Source: an archaeon GW2011_AR15 (GTDB taxonomy: Archaea > Nanobdellota > Nanobdellia > Woesearchaeales > GW2011-AR15). Taken from it: a stretch of DNA of 64,000 nt. The stretch is taken from assembly GCA_000830295.1 (NCBI GenBank), contig CP010425.1, positions 800,001-864,000 on the forward strand. Reading direction: 5' to 3'. Made by a program: the position numbers and the translations under genes. The notes beneath the pieces were generated by a model. The model searched no databases and was not told the origin of the DNA. It saw only the letters and a program-made list of their open reading frames with translations. Below are positions 1 to 10,263 of this stretch, piece after piece. The first letter of the stretch is position 1, and every line of letters begins with the position of its first letter.

Positions 1-570
1 TTTAGGAAAACGAAATCAGAGTATTCAAAAGCCAGGCAGATTAAAATTAATTCGCCATTAGCCACCAGGATAATTATAGTCCTGATTGTCCTTCTCCTGC
101 TCTCCTTTATAATCAATGTAAAGCTGCTGCTTTTTCTTGTAATAATAACAGGATTCAATGCCTGGCTGGCAGGCTTTCAGCTTAGGAGAGGGTTTCCCAC
201 AGACCTTGAATTGTCAACATTCGCGACAGTGCTCACAACAATAGCATTTGGTATCCAATGGGGATTATTTATAGCAGTATTTTCAAAGCTGTTTGCCAGC
301 ATATCAACAGGCAACCTTGTAGCTGACCATTTCTTTATGATTATTACTTACCTCAATGCCGCAGTCATAACTGCAGTGTTTGGCGGAATGAATGTTTTTA
401 CCTTAGGTTTGATTATCATAACCATAAACGCAGTGATAATGTTTTTAGTGTCAAAGGAGATACTTGGTCTGGATCCGACGTCCAATCTTTCCTATACAGG
501 AACCAATCTTGTTTTTAATTTCCTTGTCTTCTCTATATTCAGTGAGACAGTACTATCTATCCTTAGGTAA
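1..570 (+). CDS. Polytopic membrane protein of unknown function, 5'-truncated by the window edge
   Basis: Frame 1 is open from base 1 to TAA at 570 (extends the 211..570 ORF); several hydrophobic segments. Confidence 0.7.
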   Translation, partial: FRKTKSEYSKARQIKINSPLATRIIIVLIVLLLLSFIINVKLLLFLVIITGFNAWLAGFQLRRGFPTDLELSTFATVLTTIAFGIQWGLFIAVFSKLFASISTGNLVADHFFMIITYLNAAVITAVFGGMNVFTLGLIIITINAVIMFLVSKEILGLDPTSNLSYTGTNLVFNFLVFSIFSETVLSILR

Positions 571-584
571 TTTAGATGTAACTA

Positions 585-1691
585 TCATATCTTGTCAAAA
601 ATCTTTTTTAGAAAACTCTGGCTTGGCTTCTCGCTCATCTCCCCAAATTCTTTGAGAAGGTCTGCCTGTTTTTTTGTAAGCTTTTTTGGCGTTTCAATTA
701 TGACCCTGACTTTTTCGTCTCCCCTTCCGCTTCCATGGATATGGGGAATTCCCCTGTTTTTTATCCTGAAAACTGTATGTGTCTCTGTGCCTGAGGGAAT
801 CTTAAGCTTTGCCTTCCCATCCAGAGTTGCAACTTCTATTGTATCTCCCAAAGCTGCCTGGGAAAAAGAGATAGGAACTTCAATATACAGGTCGTCTCCC
901 TCCCTTGCAAAAACATTATGCTCATTCACATGGATTATTACATAAAGGTCTCCTGCAGGCCCTCCCTTAATTCCTGCTTCTCCCTGTCCGCCTATTCTTA
1001 ATCTGGTCCCGTCTTCAACTCCGGGAGGGATTTCTATCTTTACCTTTGCCCTGTTTTCAACCCTTCCAGAGCCATGGCATTTCCTGCAGGGCTTCTTTAT
1101 TTCCTTTCCGCGGCCATGGCATACATTGCATGTGGAAGTTGTCTGGAATACCCCGAAAGGCGTTCTCCTCGTCATTGTAACCCTTCCTGAGCCATGGCAC
1201 TGCGAGCATGTAACTATGTCTTTTTCTGATTCTGCCCCTGAGCCTTTGCACTCCGGGCATGTCTCCAGCCTAGGGATGACTATATTTTTCTCAACACCAT
1301 TTGCAACATCTTCCAGTTCTATTGTTATGTCAAATCTTAAGTCGCTTCCTCTGTTATCCCTCTGAGGTCCCCTGAAACTACCGGCTCCGCCAAAAAACAT
1401 GTCAAAAATATCTCCGAAATCAAACTCTCCTCCTGTAAACCCGAAATCCCTGAAATCATATCCTGAAAATCCGGAAGTGTCTGCCTTCCCGAACCGGTCA
1501 TACTGCTCTCTTTTCTGGTCATCTCCCAGCACAGACGCAGCTTCGTTTATTTCCTTGAACTTTTCAGCAGCATCTGATTCCTTGTTTAAGTCCGGGTGGT
1601 ATTTCTTAGCGAGCGTCTTGTAGGCTTTTTTAATCTCTTCTTTGGAAGCCCCTTTTTTCACACCCAGGATATCATAATAATCTTTTGCCAT
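585..1691 (-). CDS. dnaJ: Molecular chaperone DnaJ
   Basis: J domain with HPD, G/F-rich region, four CxxCxGxG zinc-finger repeats, C-terminal substrate-binding domain. Confidence 0.98.
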   Translation of the reverse strand: MAKDYYDILGVKKGASKEEIKKAYKTLAKKYHPDLNKESDAAEKFKEINEAASVLGDDQKREQYDRFGKADTSGFSGYDFRDFGFTGGEFDFGDIFDMFFGGAGSFRGPQRDNRGSDLRFDITIELEDVANGVEKNIVIPRLETCPECKGSGAESEKDIVTCSQCHGSGRVTMTRRTPFGVFQTTSTCNVCHGRGKEIKKPCRKCHGSGRVENRAKVKIEIPPGVEDGTRLRIGGQGEAGIKGGPAGDLYVIIHVNEHNVFAREGDDLYIEVPISFSQAALGDTIEVATLDGKAKLKIPSGTETHTVFRIKNRGIPHIHGSGRGDEKVRVIIETPKKLTKKQADLLKEFGEMSEKPSQSFLKKIFDKI

Positions 1692-1713
1692 GTGGCTAAT
1701 GGAAACACGTTGG

Positions 1714-1723
1714 TTTTAAAAAA
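1714..1723 (-). promoter_or_regulatory. Putative archaeal TATA box for dnaJ
   Basis: TTTTTTAAAA on the minus strand about 23-32 nt upstream of the ATG; spacing fits a leaderless transcript. Confidence 0.45.
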
Positions 1724-1730
1724 CTAACTC

Positions 1731-2930
1731 TTATAGAATTAAATAGAGGATAACAGGCAGAATAAGGCACCCCATGGCATGGCTTCTGGCAATTCCCTTC
1801 ATTGGAGCAATAAGGCCGATAGCGGAGCTTGCTATAAGAATGATGATTCCGAGCCAGCCATTAAGCAGCAAGCCCATTGCAAAAATCATCAAAGTTACAG
1901 TGGTTACAAGAATCCTGTAGTTTATTTTCACAACAAGCTTTGAAAACAATTTGGAGAACCAGAGGGTTAAAGGCACAGCCAGCGAGCCGGAAAACAGGAA
2001 GACGAGCACAAGCAGGAGAAAGCCGCTGAAATTGATTTCCACAAGCTTCGATATCGCAACAATCGCGCCGTCTTTTGCCTTTCCAAGAACATAAAACGTC
2101 ACAAGAGAGAAGACAACAGACATTGTTCCCATGGCTCCTACAAGAGCCAGGTAGCCCTCATCTTTTATATCCCTTATGATCTGTCCTGAAATTACGGCAC
2201 CCTGCGCAGGCCCGAGGCCCGGAAAAAACTGAATGAGGAAAACACCGATTGAACTTCCAAGCAGGGACTTGGCAAGGCTTTTCGGCTTAAGTGTTATGTC
2301 ATCTGTGATAGTCTGTTTTGGGATACAAGTGTTCTCGAAATAGCTTATTATCAATCCTGAAACCCCAAACAGCCCGGACAGCAGGGGGAAAAGAGGTTCT
2401 CTCATATTCGGGATTGAGAACACTACAATACCAAGGCTTCCGGATAAAAGGAACAGGAAAAGGCTCCAGATCCACTCTTTTTCCTTTATAATCATATAAA
2501 CAGCAATAAGAATGAGGAGATAGGCAAGATAAGGCTTCAGAAAGGCAAAAACCTGCTGTGCTGTGAATATAAAAAGGGGAATAAGTAATATGGCTACAAT
2601 CATGCCCGTATAAGTTCCGAAAATAGTTATTTTGACGGCCTGATAGCCCTCTCCTCTCAGCAGCATCTTCTGGCCGGGAAGCACAGACAGGGCATTCTCA
2701 TTTTCAGGAGCACCAAGATAAACAGAGGGGATTGTATCCAGGAAAGAGTGGACAATTGACAGGGAGATTATAAAAACTGCCAGGGATAGCGGCTCCAGAT
2801 AGGTCAGCAAAACAGGAGAAAGGGCCAGAAGTGTAGTTGCAACCAGATTTACATGTATTCCAGGTGTAAGGCCTGTGAAAACACCTATTAATATGCCTGC
2901 AAATACAAGCAAAATAACTTCAAAAAACAT
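1731..2930 (-). CDS. TctA/DUF112-family (tripartite tricarboxylate transporter-like) permease
   Basis: GLTPGIH, FLDTIPSVYLGAP and SVLPGQKML motifs; many TM helices; ATG at 2930 preferred over the upstream TTG. Confidence 0.8.
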   Translation of the reverse strand: MFFEVILLVFAGILIGVFTGLTPGIHVNLVATTLLALSPVLLTYLEPLSLAVFIISLSIVHSFLDTIPSVYLGAPENENALSVLPGQKMLLRGEGYQAVKITIFGTYTGMIVAILLIPLFIFTAQQVFAFLKPYLAYLLILIAVYMIIKEKEWIWSLFLFLLSGSLGIVVFSIPNMREPLFPLLSGLFGVSGLIISYFENTCIPKQTITDDITLKPKSLAKSLLGSSIGVFLIQFFPGLGPAQGAVISGQIIRDIKDEGYLALVGAMGTMSVVFSLVTFYVLGKAKDGAIVAISKLVEINFSGFLLLVLVFLFSGSLAVPLTLWFSKLFSKLVVKINYRILVTTVTLMIFAMGLLLNGWLGIIILIASSAIGLIAPMKGIARSHAMGCLILPVILYLIL

Positions 2931-3089
2931 ACGCAATAGTCAGAAGGATATATAAATAAACCTAGTCAGGGATGCACCGAAAACCTTCCGATATAAGAGA
3001 TAGAGAAGGATAATTCGATAAGTTTAAAAAAAGACAAATATTTAAATATAACAACCATACATAAATCATGAAGTGTGGAGGGTATGCAT

Positions 3090-3485
3090 ATGAAGAAATT
3101 TTTCACGTCACTCAAGGATAAAATAAAAAAATGGGGCTTCGAAGACTCTGATGATGAATTTGAAGAAGAGTATCTTGAGCTTGATACAACATCTAAAAAG
3201 CCAGTATCATCAAAAGTTATTGTCAGGCCATTTATTCTGGAAGACTTTTCGGATATCAAACCGGTTCTTGATTCATTAAGGGAAGGCGCGACAGTCTGCC
3301 TGATAAACATAAGGCCTCTTAAGGATAAAGATCTTGTGGAACTAAAAAGAGCCATCAACAAGCTGAAAAAGACCTGTGACGCATCAGGCGGCGATATAGC
3401 AGGCTTTGGCGATGACTATCTTGTTGCAACGCCAGGATTTGCTGAGATATACAGGACAAAAGAGCCTGAAAACAAAGAGCTTTAA
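3090..3485 (+). CDS. sepF: Cell division protein SepF
   Basis: EEEYLELD N-terminal motif and GGDIAG...YLVATP core; GGAGGG Shine-Dalgarno 7 nt before the ATG at 3090. Confidence 0.9.
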   Translation: MKKFFTSLKDKIKKWGFEDSDDEFEEEYLELDTTSKKPVSSKVIVRPFILEDFSDIKPVLDSLREGATVCLINIRPLKDKDLVELKRAINKLKKTCDASGGDIAGFGDDYLVATPGFAEIYRTKEPENKEL

Positions 3486-3533
3486 TTTTTCTGAATCTTT
3501 TACCCCTCTTAGTTTATATTATTTCTTTTCTAG

Positions 3534-4469
3534 TTAAACAGGAATATTTGTAAGCGTCATCACGAAGAAAGATATTGTCATAAGTATAAGTGAGTGCTTC
3601 AGCCCGGCAGTTATATCACCTTCTGACATTTTCCCAATAGTTATCCCTGCAAAAAAGCCCTGAATAAGCGACAGCATGATAAACAGCCCTCTCAGGCTCG
3701 AAAGCCATTTGCTGAATGTAACCACAAAATCCCTTATGGATGTGAACTTGATTTCCACGCTTAACACAAGAGAAGGCCTGCTTGCTGAGGTTGTCAGGAT
3801 ATTTGATGCACCGGCGCCGCCTCCAATACCTGAAAAAAGTCCGGAATTATCTCCGACCAAATACGGCACGAGCATGTTCTGGACGACTATCATCACACCT
3901 ATGAATATAAAGAAGATTATGTATGACTGCATAATCTGTGACTGGATATTGGCCCTTCTCTGGTCTTTTATTTTCTTTATTTCTATGAGAGATTCTGTAA
4001 TAGAGCCAAGCACATCCTCCATGTTTCCGCCTGCTTTCTCAGCCTCTATGACAGTTGCAATTGCCCTTTTTATTATGTCGCTTCTCGTGCCATTCCCGAA
4101 ATAAAGAAGGGCCCTGTGGACCGGAATTGCCCATTCAACCTGATATCCAAGCTTCCTTACATGAGGGCTCAGAGAGCCGTAGTCCAGTGTAGATATATGC
4201 ATGATTGCCCTTGATACAGGCATGCCGGATTTTACTGCGCTTGTAAGGTTCCTGACAAAATCAACAAACCTTTCCTCAAGATCTCTCTGTTTCTGGTTTC
4301 TTGTAAAGAAATCAATCCAGAGCCGCATCCATGCTATGGTAACTGCAATTACAAGCATAGGCGTAAAGAGGGAGCTATGTAGGAAGAATACAACGTCAGC
4401 CAGGAGGATTATAAATCCAACTACGAATCCCGGCACGTACTTCTTGTCAATATTTAGAGTTAGTTTCAT
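3534..4469 (-). CDS. Type II secretion F / TadC-PilC-like pilus platform protein
   Basis: DFVRNLTSAVKSGMP...EAEKAGGNMEDVL T2SSF pattern, TM helices, adjacent to pilus ATPase. Confidence 0.88.
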   Translation of the reverse strand: MKLTLNIDKKYVPGFVVGFIILLADVVFFLHSSLFTPMLVIAVTIAWMRLWIDFFTRNQKQRDLEERFVDFVRNLTSAVKSGMPVSRAIMHISTLDYGSLSPHVRKLGYQVEWAIPVHRALLYFGNGTRSDIIKRAIATVIEAEKAGGNMEDVLGSITESLIEIKKIKDQRRANIQSQIMQSYIIFFIFIGVMIVVQNMLVPYLVGDNSGLFSGIGGGAGASNILTTSASRPSLVLSVEIKFTSIRDFVVTFSKWLSSLRGLFIMLSLIQGFFAGITIGKMSEGDITAGLKHSLILMTISFFVMTLTNIPV

Positions 4470-6142
4470 ACTTCAGGCTGGTTAACCTCCAAAAATACAA
4501 GGAAAACTATGTTAAGAAGGGGGATCATAACATAGGTTCCAAGAGTTATAAGGGTGTTTACTGGTATGCCTCCCAGTGTGCCGCCAAAGGCTGATACAAG
4601 GGACAGGGCAGTCACAAAAAATAAAGGGGCTGCTATGAGTACACCGGTATATATGTCTGAATAGGTTGATAATGATTCAACATATTTCTGCCTCTCCAGC
4701 TTATAATTCAGCAGTGATTCAGATGATTTCTGTTCCAGATATTCCTTCAGATCTCCTCCTGTCTCTATTGTTGAGACAAACCCATCTATAAACTCCTTGA
4801 AATCCTGGGAAGGCGTTGTAAGTGCAATAGCTTTCAATGCTGTCAGTATATCGTATCCGAAAAACTCAATATAATTGTTCACTTTTTCAATCTCGACTGA
4901 AATTTCACCATACTCCTCAGAGTTGCTGATCAGCTTGAACATTATTGCAGGACTGACTCCGGAAGAAATTACAGAGGCCATGTGGTCTATTGCAAAAGGG
5001 AGATTGGTATTTATTGACCTCCTTCTTGCCTTCGCCTTTACATTCGGGTAATAGGAGCCCAGCCAAAAGACCGTTGCAGCTACAAGTCCTGAAAAAAACA
5101 GGGCATTCAGCAAAGCAAAGAAGAAATTTGATCCCTGGAATGCAAAGAAAGTGATCAGCACAGGGAAGGATGCTATTCCTGCCAGCAGGGTTATAAAAAA
5201 TATAATATTTATGTAAGTATTTGCCAGCACCCTTATGTTCGCATGCCTCACAGACTTATAGACACTCTTGAAAAAATCAGGGTATTTCTCTATAAAATAT
5301 ATGCCGAGCTTCCTTACGGTTACATTTGACACATAGCCGAGAGTATTGGCCCTGTATATCTCGGGCTCGTTCTTTGAGATCAGTGTTTTTAATTCCGTAA
5401 CCTGCTTGCCGAGAAGATAGGGATTGAGCACATCAGCCTTTGATACATTAAGGGATTCCTCAATCCTTTCCCTGTCTTCATAAGAGAGTATTGTGGGGGA
5501 AATCTTTGTTTCTCCAAGGAAGGTATCTTTTTTTCTTTTGGCCTCTTTTCCCTTGAATATATAATTCAGAAATTCCTTTGACAGCATTCCCTTAAGGACG
5601 ACATCATCATCTTTCTTGAGCCATGGCTTTTCCTTTGCTCTTATAGCATATATGATTCTTTTCAAAAAATTCAGCTTTACAGGCTTCGGTGCCTGGGACA
5701 TTTTTTTTTCGGTTTCTGCACCAAGAAGGGTGCTGGAAGGGATCTTTATTGTGTCTGTTATATCTTCAGGCTTTTCCTCTTTGGCAAATACTACCGGTTT
5801 GTCCTCTGATACTGTTTTTCTTTTTTCATGCTGGGGTTTGCTCTCCTGTATTGCAGGAGCAGGCTTTTTTTCAGGCAATTTTTCTTTTTTTGCAGCCTTT
5901 CTCTGGTTTAGTGCAATATATCTCCCATATTCCCTGTTTATGTGCTCTATCTCACTCTCAATTACATAAGAATAATACCTGCTGACTTTTTCTAGCTCTT
6001 CCTCAATAGTATCTACAGCCAGGCTGAACTCATTCCGCTTCCTTGCGGTATTATATTTTTGCTTTTTCAGATTGGAATATAACTTATGTAGAACTTTCAG
6101 CCTGTCTAGATTAGAGACTATATCATCTGATTCTTTTTTCAT
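4466..6142 (-). CDS. Type II secretion F family platform protein with a long soluble N-terminal extension
   Basis: LPFAIDHMASVISSG...TIETGGDLKEYL T2SSF domain in the C-terminal half. Confidence 0.85.
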   Translation of the reverse strand: MKKESDDIVSNLDRLKVLHKLYSNLKKQKYNTARKRNEFSLAVDTIEEELEKVSRYYSYVIESEIEHINREYGRYIALNQRKAAKKEKLPEKKPAPAIQESKPQHEKRKTVSEDKPVVFAKEEKPEDITDTIKIPSSTLLGAETEKKMSQAPKPVKLNFLKRIIYAIRAKEKPWLKKDDDVVLKGMLSKEFLNYIFKGKEAKRKKDTFLGETKISPTILSYEDRERIEESLNVSKADVLNPYLLGKQVTELKTLISKNEPEIYRANTLGYVSNVTVRKLGIYFIEKYPDFFKSVYKSVRHANIRVLANTYINIIFFITLLAGIASFPVLITFFAFQGSNFFFALLNALFFSGLVAATVFWLGSYYPNVKAKARRRSINTNLPFAIDHMASVISSGVSPAIMFKLISNSEEYGEISVEIEKVNNYIEFFGYDILTALKAIALTTPSQDFKEFIDGFVSTIETGGDLKEYLEQKSSESLLNYKLERQKYVESLSTYSDIYTGVLIAAPLFFVTALSLVSAFGGTLGGIPVNTLITLGTYVMIPLLNIVFLVFLEVNQPEV

Positions 6143-7683
6143 ATTATACCAAACTCTTTCAGAACCTTATCTCTGTCAGAGTAATAATCCTGGATTACCC
6201 TATTTACTTCTTTAAATCCCTGTATTTTCTTATCAGCGAGTATCTGAAGGAGTTTTGTCCTCAGTTCAAGCTCTTTTTTAAGTTCCTGATTTGGTATTCC
6301 TGTCCTTGAAGTGATTTTCTGGAAGAGATAAAATTCTCCCTTCTGTGTTATTTTGTCAGTGGCAGGATCCCACTGGATAGGCGTATTTGAATTTATTTCC
6401 TCTCCTTTAACATCCTTTATCTCGACAAGCTCCTTCATCCTTCTGAGGTTTCTTGTAGTTCCTTTTATGTGGGTCATGACGCATACCACATCAAGGGATT
6501 CAATAAGGCTTGCAGAAAGGTTTATAGGAGGGGTTTCCAGCCTCCTGACCAGAGTCACAACACTCCCGGCGTGGAAAGTTCCGAATGAGCTGTGTCCTGA
6601 GGCCATACCCTGAAACAGCACAAACGCCTCATTGCCTCTGATTTCACCCACAATCACATAATCCGGAGCCTGCCTGAAGCTCTCCTTCAGAAGATCAAAA
6701 AGGGTTATTTCACCATATTCTTTTCCTGCAAGATTCGGAATTCCAAAGCCAGACCTTGTTACCGTAGGCATCCAGTTGTCATGGGAAAGATTCAGCTCCC
6801 TTGTATCCTCAATTGATACGACACGCGCATCAGGAGGGATAAAGCTCAGCATTGAGTTAAGGAAAGTTGTTTTTCCGGAGGCAGTTTCCCCGATTACCAT
6901 AAAATTAAATTTGTGCTCGATGCCCAGCCATAAGTAAGCAAAAGTCTGTGCAGTAGCAGTCCCGAAGTTTATAAGGTGTATAGGCGTCCATGGCTCTTTT
7001 GTGAATTTCCTTATAGTGAATGTAGGGCCTCTTGTAGTTATATCTTCTGTATACGTGGCATTGACCCTTGACCCGTCGGGAAGGGTTCCGTCAAGAAGCG
7101 GCTTGGCATAGCTGACATACCTCCCGCATTTCTGCGCCAGTTTTTCCACGAAATCAGTAAGCTCCTGAATTTCCCTGAAAATGACATTTGTCCTCAGGTT
7201 TTCATATTTCCTGTGCACAATATAGACGGGAAACTGCAGCCCGTTGCATTCTATATCCTCAATGTAATAATCATTCAGCAGAGGCTCTATCTTATTCAGG
7301 CCGACGGAATTCCTGAATATGTAATACATGATCTTTAAATAGGTCTCTCTGGATACGCTTGTGCCAAGCTCAATGAGGATGGCCTGCACATTCTTTTCAA
7401 GATACTGGAGGATCTGGTTGGCTTTCTCTATCTTGACGAGGCTGATATTTATCATTTCTTCAAGGGCAAGCATGACCAGCCTAAGGATTTCTTTTTCAGA
7501 ATCCTTGAGCTCAGGCTCCTCTACACTGTAGAGCAGTTCCTTCCTCTCATCGCTCCAGTAAATCCTTGCATAGGCATATGGCGGCAGAAGGGGGTATCTC
7601 ACATTGATTTTGGTCCTGTCTTTGCCATCAGGAAGATCATAAATTTTCAGATTGCTCTCAATTTTAAAGATGCTCTCAGCCAT
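6139..7683 (-). CDS. Type IV pilus/secretion ATPase (FlaI/VirB11/CpaF family)
   Basis: Walker A GETASGKT, Asp box SIEDTREL, RQAPDYVIVGEIRG, His box SGH...TFHA. Confidence 0.95.
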   Translation of the reverse strand: MAESIFKIESNLKIYDLPDGKDRTKINVRYPLLPPYAYARIYWSDERKELLYSVEEPELKDSEKEILRLVMLALEEMINISLVKIEKANQILQYLEKNVQAILIELGTSVSRETYLKIMYYIFRNSVGLNKIEPLLNDYYIEDIECNGLQFPVYIVHRKYENLRTNVIFREIQELTDFVEKLAQKCGRYVSYAKPLLDGTLPDGSRVNATYTEDITTRGPTFTIRKFTKEPWTPIHLINFGTATAQTFAYLWLGIEHKFNFMVIGETASGKTTFLNSMLSFIPPDARVVSIEDTRELNLSHDNWMPTVTRSGFGIPNLAGKEYGEITLFDLLKESFRQAPDYVIVGEIRGNEAFVLFQGMASGHSSFGTFHAGSVVTLVRRLETPPINLSASLIESLDVVCVMTHIKGTTRNLRRMKELVEIKDVKGEEINSNTPIQWDPATDKITQKGEFYLFQKITSRTGIPNQELKKELELRTKLLQILADKKIQGFKEVNRVIQDYYSDRDKVLKEFGII

Positions 7684-8421
7684 CTAATTTACCTCAACAT
7701 TTCTGACGTTCACTGTTAAAAAGTCCGCATAGCTGTCAAGAATGAATTCAAGGTCATACTCTACAAAGGTGGTATTAAGATGGGCAATAACCCTTGCCCT
7801 TCCTACATCTGTGTTGTTTCCGGCAGGGACCATTTCAGTATATCCGTTCCCTGTTTTTGAAGTTTCATCATTATTCATACTGAATGTAAACGTCCCGTTC
7901 ATGTTTATTCCGTTGTAGCTGACATTCTCTATTATCTGCGAAGTATTGAAGGTAACCCAGCTGTCGCTGCTTCCAAACTTGTTTATGACAGCGCGGAAAG
8001 TGTCATTCTCTATTCTTGTTTCCATTACATAATAACCAGCAGTCTCATACGTCTTTATGTTGGCATTGCTGGCGATAACAAGATTGCCCAGTTTTGTGCT
8101 TGTTTTCGGGCTTATCAGCTCGCTTTCAGTTTCAACTTCCCAGATAAATTCATTGTCCTCAAACCTGACTTTGCCATCCCTGACATCAAATGCAGCAGTT
8201 GCCTGTGATCCTTCTCCCTGACTGGCGATTTCCCTTATCTGGTTGTCAAGCTCTATTGCTATTCCTCTTACCCTCTCCAGCACTGCCCTTTCCCTCAATT
8301 CCGTAAGAAGAGGAATCCCCGTATTCAGGATTATCACAAGGGCCAGTATAGAGACCAGCGTATATATTATTGCAGATATCCATATCTGCCCCTTTTTCCG
8401 TGAGTTAAATTTTTTTTTCAT
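7684..8421 (-). CDS. Type IV pilin-like protein
   Basis: Class III signal peptide RKKG/QIWISAIIYTLV. Confidence 0.8.
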   Translation of the reverse strand: MKKKFNSRKKGQIWISAIIYTLVSILALVIILNTGIPLLTELRERAVLERVRGIAIELDNQIREIASQGEGSQATAAFDVRDGKVRFEDNEFIWEVETESELISPKTSTKLGNLVIASNANIKTYETAGYYVMETRIENDTFRAVINKFGSSDSWVTFNTSQIIENVSYNGINMNGTFTFSMNNDETSKTGNGYTEMVPAGNNTDVGRARVIAHLNTTFVEYDLEFILDSYADFLTVNVRNVEVN

Positions 8422-8812
8422 AGGTCAATTCCTCGCAATTGTTGATATAAAACCTGTATTTCTCATTAATTGTGATATTCTCAACCTCAGCCTTCCTTCT
8501 TTCTTTCCCTATTATCACAGGCTCAAAGACAACAGTCCGGATATCCCCTGAATCGGAAACAATGGTAAGGCTGGTTATGTTTTGGTTGTAATTCTTGCTG
8601 TCAAACTCAAACTTCAGCAGGTTATTCGTATATTGCGGATTGATTACCTCATAATTCATACTGCCGCAGTCAAACTCATCTTTTCTGGCGTTAATAGTAA
8701 GGAAGCCGGTCCTGAAAAATCCAAAGATCTGCGTAATAAACATAAAAAGGAAAAATACAAAGGCCATAGTAAGCAGCATCTTTAGTTTTGAATATTTTGC
8801 CATTTTCAGCAT
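8405..8812 (-). CDS. Membrane-anchored pilus-associated protein
   Basis: N-terminal TM helix, small Cys-paired beta-rich domain, overlaps neighbouring pilin genes; no clear class III signal. Confidence 0.6.
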   Translation of the reverse strand: MLKMAKYSKLKMLLTMAFVFFLFMFITQIFGFFRTGFLTINARKDEFDCGSMNYEVINPQYTNNLLKFEFDSKNYNQNITSLTIVSDSGDIRTVVFEPVIIGKERRKAEVENITINEKYRFYINNCEELTYEKKI

Positions 8813-9318
8813 TGATCTAAGTCTTCAACCTCCAGTTCGCTGTCAGAGCATATATTGACACTGTCTGCGGAATAATCAAGTATAGGCGAGATTATCACTT
8901 TTGTTGGCGGGAAAGTGAAGTTTGAGCCATCATCCAATGTCGCAATGCTTATATTGTATTTGGTCCTGTTATGGCCTCCAAGCACAGTGAGGGCATCAGC
9001 AGTTTTTATATTATTATTGAAATCAAGCAGGAATATCCTTACTCCTTCTATGTCCACGCTGCCCTGATTTTCTACCACTACCTCCAGGTTGCTGGAGCCG
9101 GTGCGGTTGTAGCATATCAGTTCTTCATTACTAACATCAACTATTTTAAGAGAGATGTCAAGAGAGCATTTTAGATTCTTGTCTATCTGCCTTGTTGCCC
9201 TCTCCTTAAACTCAAGGGTTGTTCCTTCCTGGAATCTCATCACCATAATGCCTACAGAGATTGTCATGGCTACAAGCAATACAGTTGCTATTAATGGTGA
9301 TACAGCTTTTTTTAGCAT
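8806..9318 (-). CDS. Archaeal type IV pilin
   Basis: KKA/VSPLIATVLLVA class III signal peptide typical of archaeal pilins/archaellins. Confidence 0.88.
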   Translation of the reverse strand: MLKKAVSPLIATVLLVAMTISVGIMVMRFQEGTTLEFKERATRQIDKNLKCSLDISLKIVDVSNEELICYNRTGSSNLEVVVENQGSVDIEGVRIFLLDFNNNIKTADALTVLGGHNRTKYNISIATLDDGSNFTFPPTKVIISPILDYSADSVNICSDSELEVEDLDQC

Positions 9319-9785
9319 TGTTTCAACTCATTCACTTCTCTTACTACTGCCTGCTCTTCGCAGTATATGTATTTGCCTTTCTTTTTTGCTATTGGAATAA
9401 CAGTTATCTGGGATAAGGTGCCGTGCTTAAGCACTTTTAGCTTCTCTGTGTCTCCTGTGGTAAGCTGGTCAAATAATACCTGTGACTGAAGGTAAGTTTC
9501 TTCATCAGGATGCACACCGATGAACCTGAATGACAGGCCTTCAAGGGCAAGCTTCCCCGGATTTGTTATATTCAGGTAAAGCACACTGTATGTCTGGCAT
9601 GAGCCTTTAACAGAGAGCGCAACATCAGCGCACACAAGAGGGTCTGTTCTCTGCTCAATCTCCTGGCTCCTTAACTTTGCCTGTTCAATTGACCAGTTGT
9701 AAAGGACATAGCTGAGCACCATTACTAATCCGAATATCATAATCCAGCTGAGATATTCTGACTGTGCTTTTTTGCTGCTATTCAT
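9312..9785 (-). CDS. Type IV pilin-like protein
   Basis: KKA/QSEYLSW class III signal followed by a hydrophobic helix. Confidence 0.78.
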   Translation of the reverse strand: MNSSKKAQSEYLSWIMIFGLVMVLSYVLYNWSIEQAKLRSQEIEQRTDPLVCADVALSVKGSCQTYSVLYLNITNPGKLALEGLSFRFIGVHPDEETYLQSQVLFDQLTTGDTEKLKVLKHGTLSQITVIPIAKKKGKYIYCEEQAVVREVNELKQC

Positions 9786-10254
9786 TCTGGATCACCAGGG
9801 TTTTCAGTTCCACTTCCCGCTGGGATGAGAAAGTAAAGGTGTAAGAATCCTGACCGACTGTTATAGGCACAGAATCGTCAAAGTCTGTCTGATATTCATG
9901 TTCCGGCTGCAGCGTTATCCCCAGATCGCTTATAGTGGCATTTTCCTCAAGATAGTTGCCTATAAATATCTGGTCATTATATGAATAGAGATACATGACC
10001 CCAAGCCCGACACCTTTTTCCTCAGCATAATCTATAAAATACTCTGTGAAGTTTTTCAGCTCCGCAGATATGTTTTTTTCATGGTAAATTGCATTGTCTA
10101 TCACTATGGTTGCCTCATACTTGTAGTTATTAAGGTAATTCTGGGTATTGCTTACCTTTCCTGTTTTTATGCTGGACCTGTTTGAAACTATTGCGAAAAC
10201 TAACCCAAGCAATACAAGTGTTGCAAACATGTAAAACTGCGCCCTCTTTTTCAT
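9778..10254 (-). CDS. Type IV pilin-like protein
   Basis: KRA/QFYMFATLVLL class III signal. Confidence 0.78.
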   Translation of the reverse strand: MKKRAQFYMFATLVLLGLVFAIVSNRSSIKTGKVSNTQNYLNNYKYEATIVIDNAIYHEKNISAELKNFTEYFIDYAEEKGVGLGVMYLYSYNDQIFIGNYLEENATISDLGITLQPEHEYQTDFDDSVPITVGQDSYTFTFSSQREVELKTLVIQNE

Positions 10255-10263
10255 TTTAATCTA

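Noticed and set aside
3534-10254. Archaellum (motility) operon
   Set aside because: No FlaH/ArlH or ArlF/G-like genes recognised; two platform proteins plus diverse pilins fit an adhesive type IV pilus
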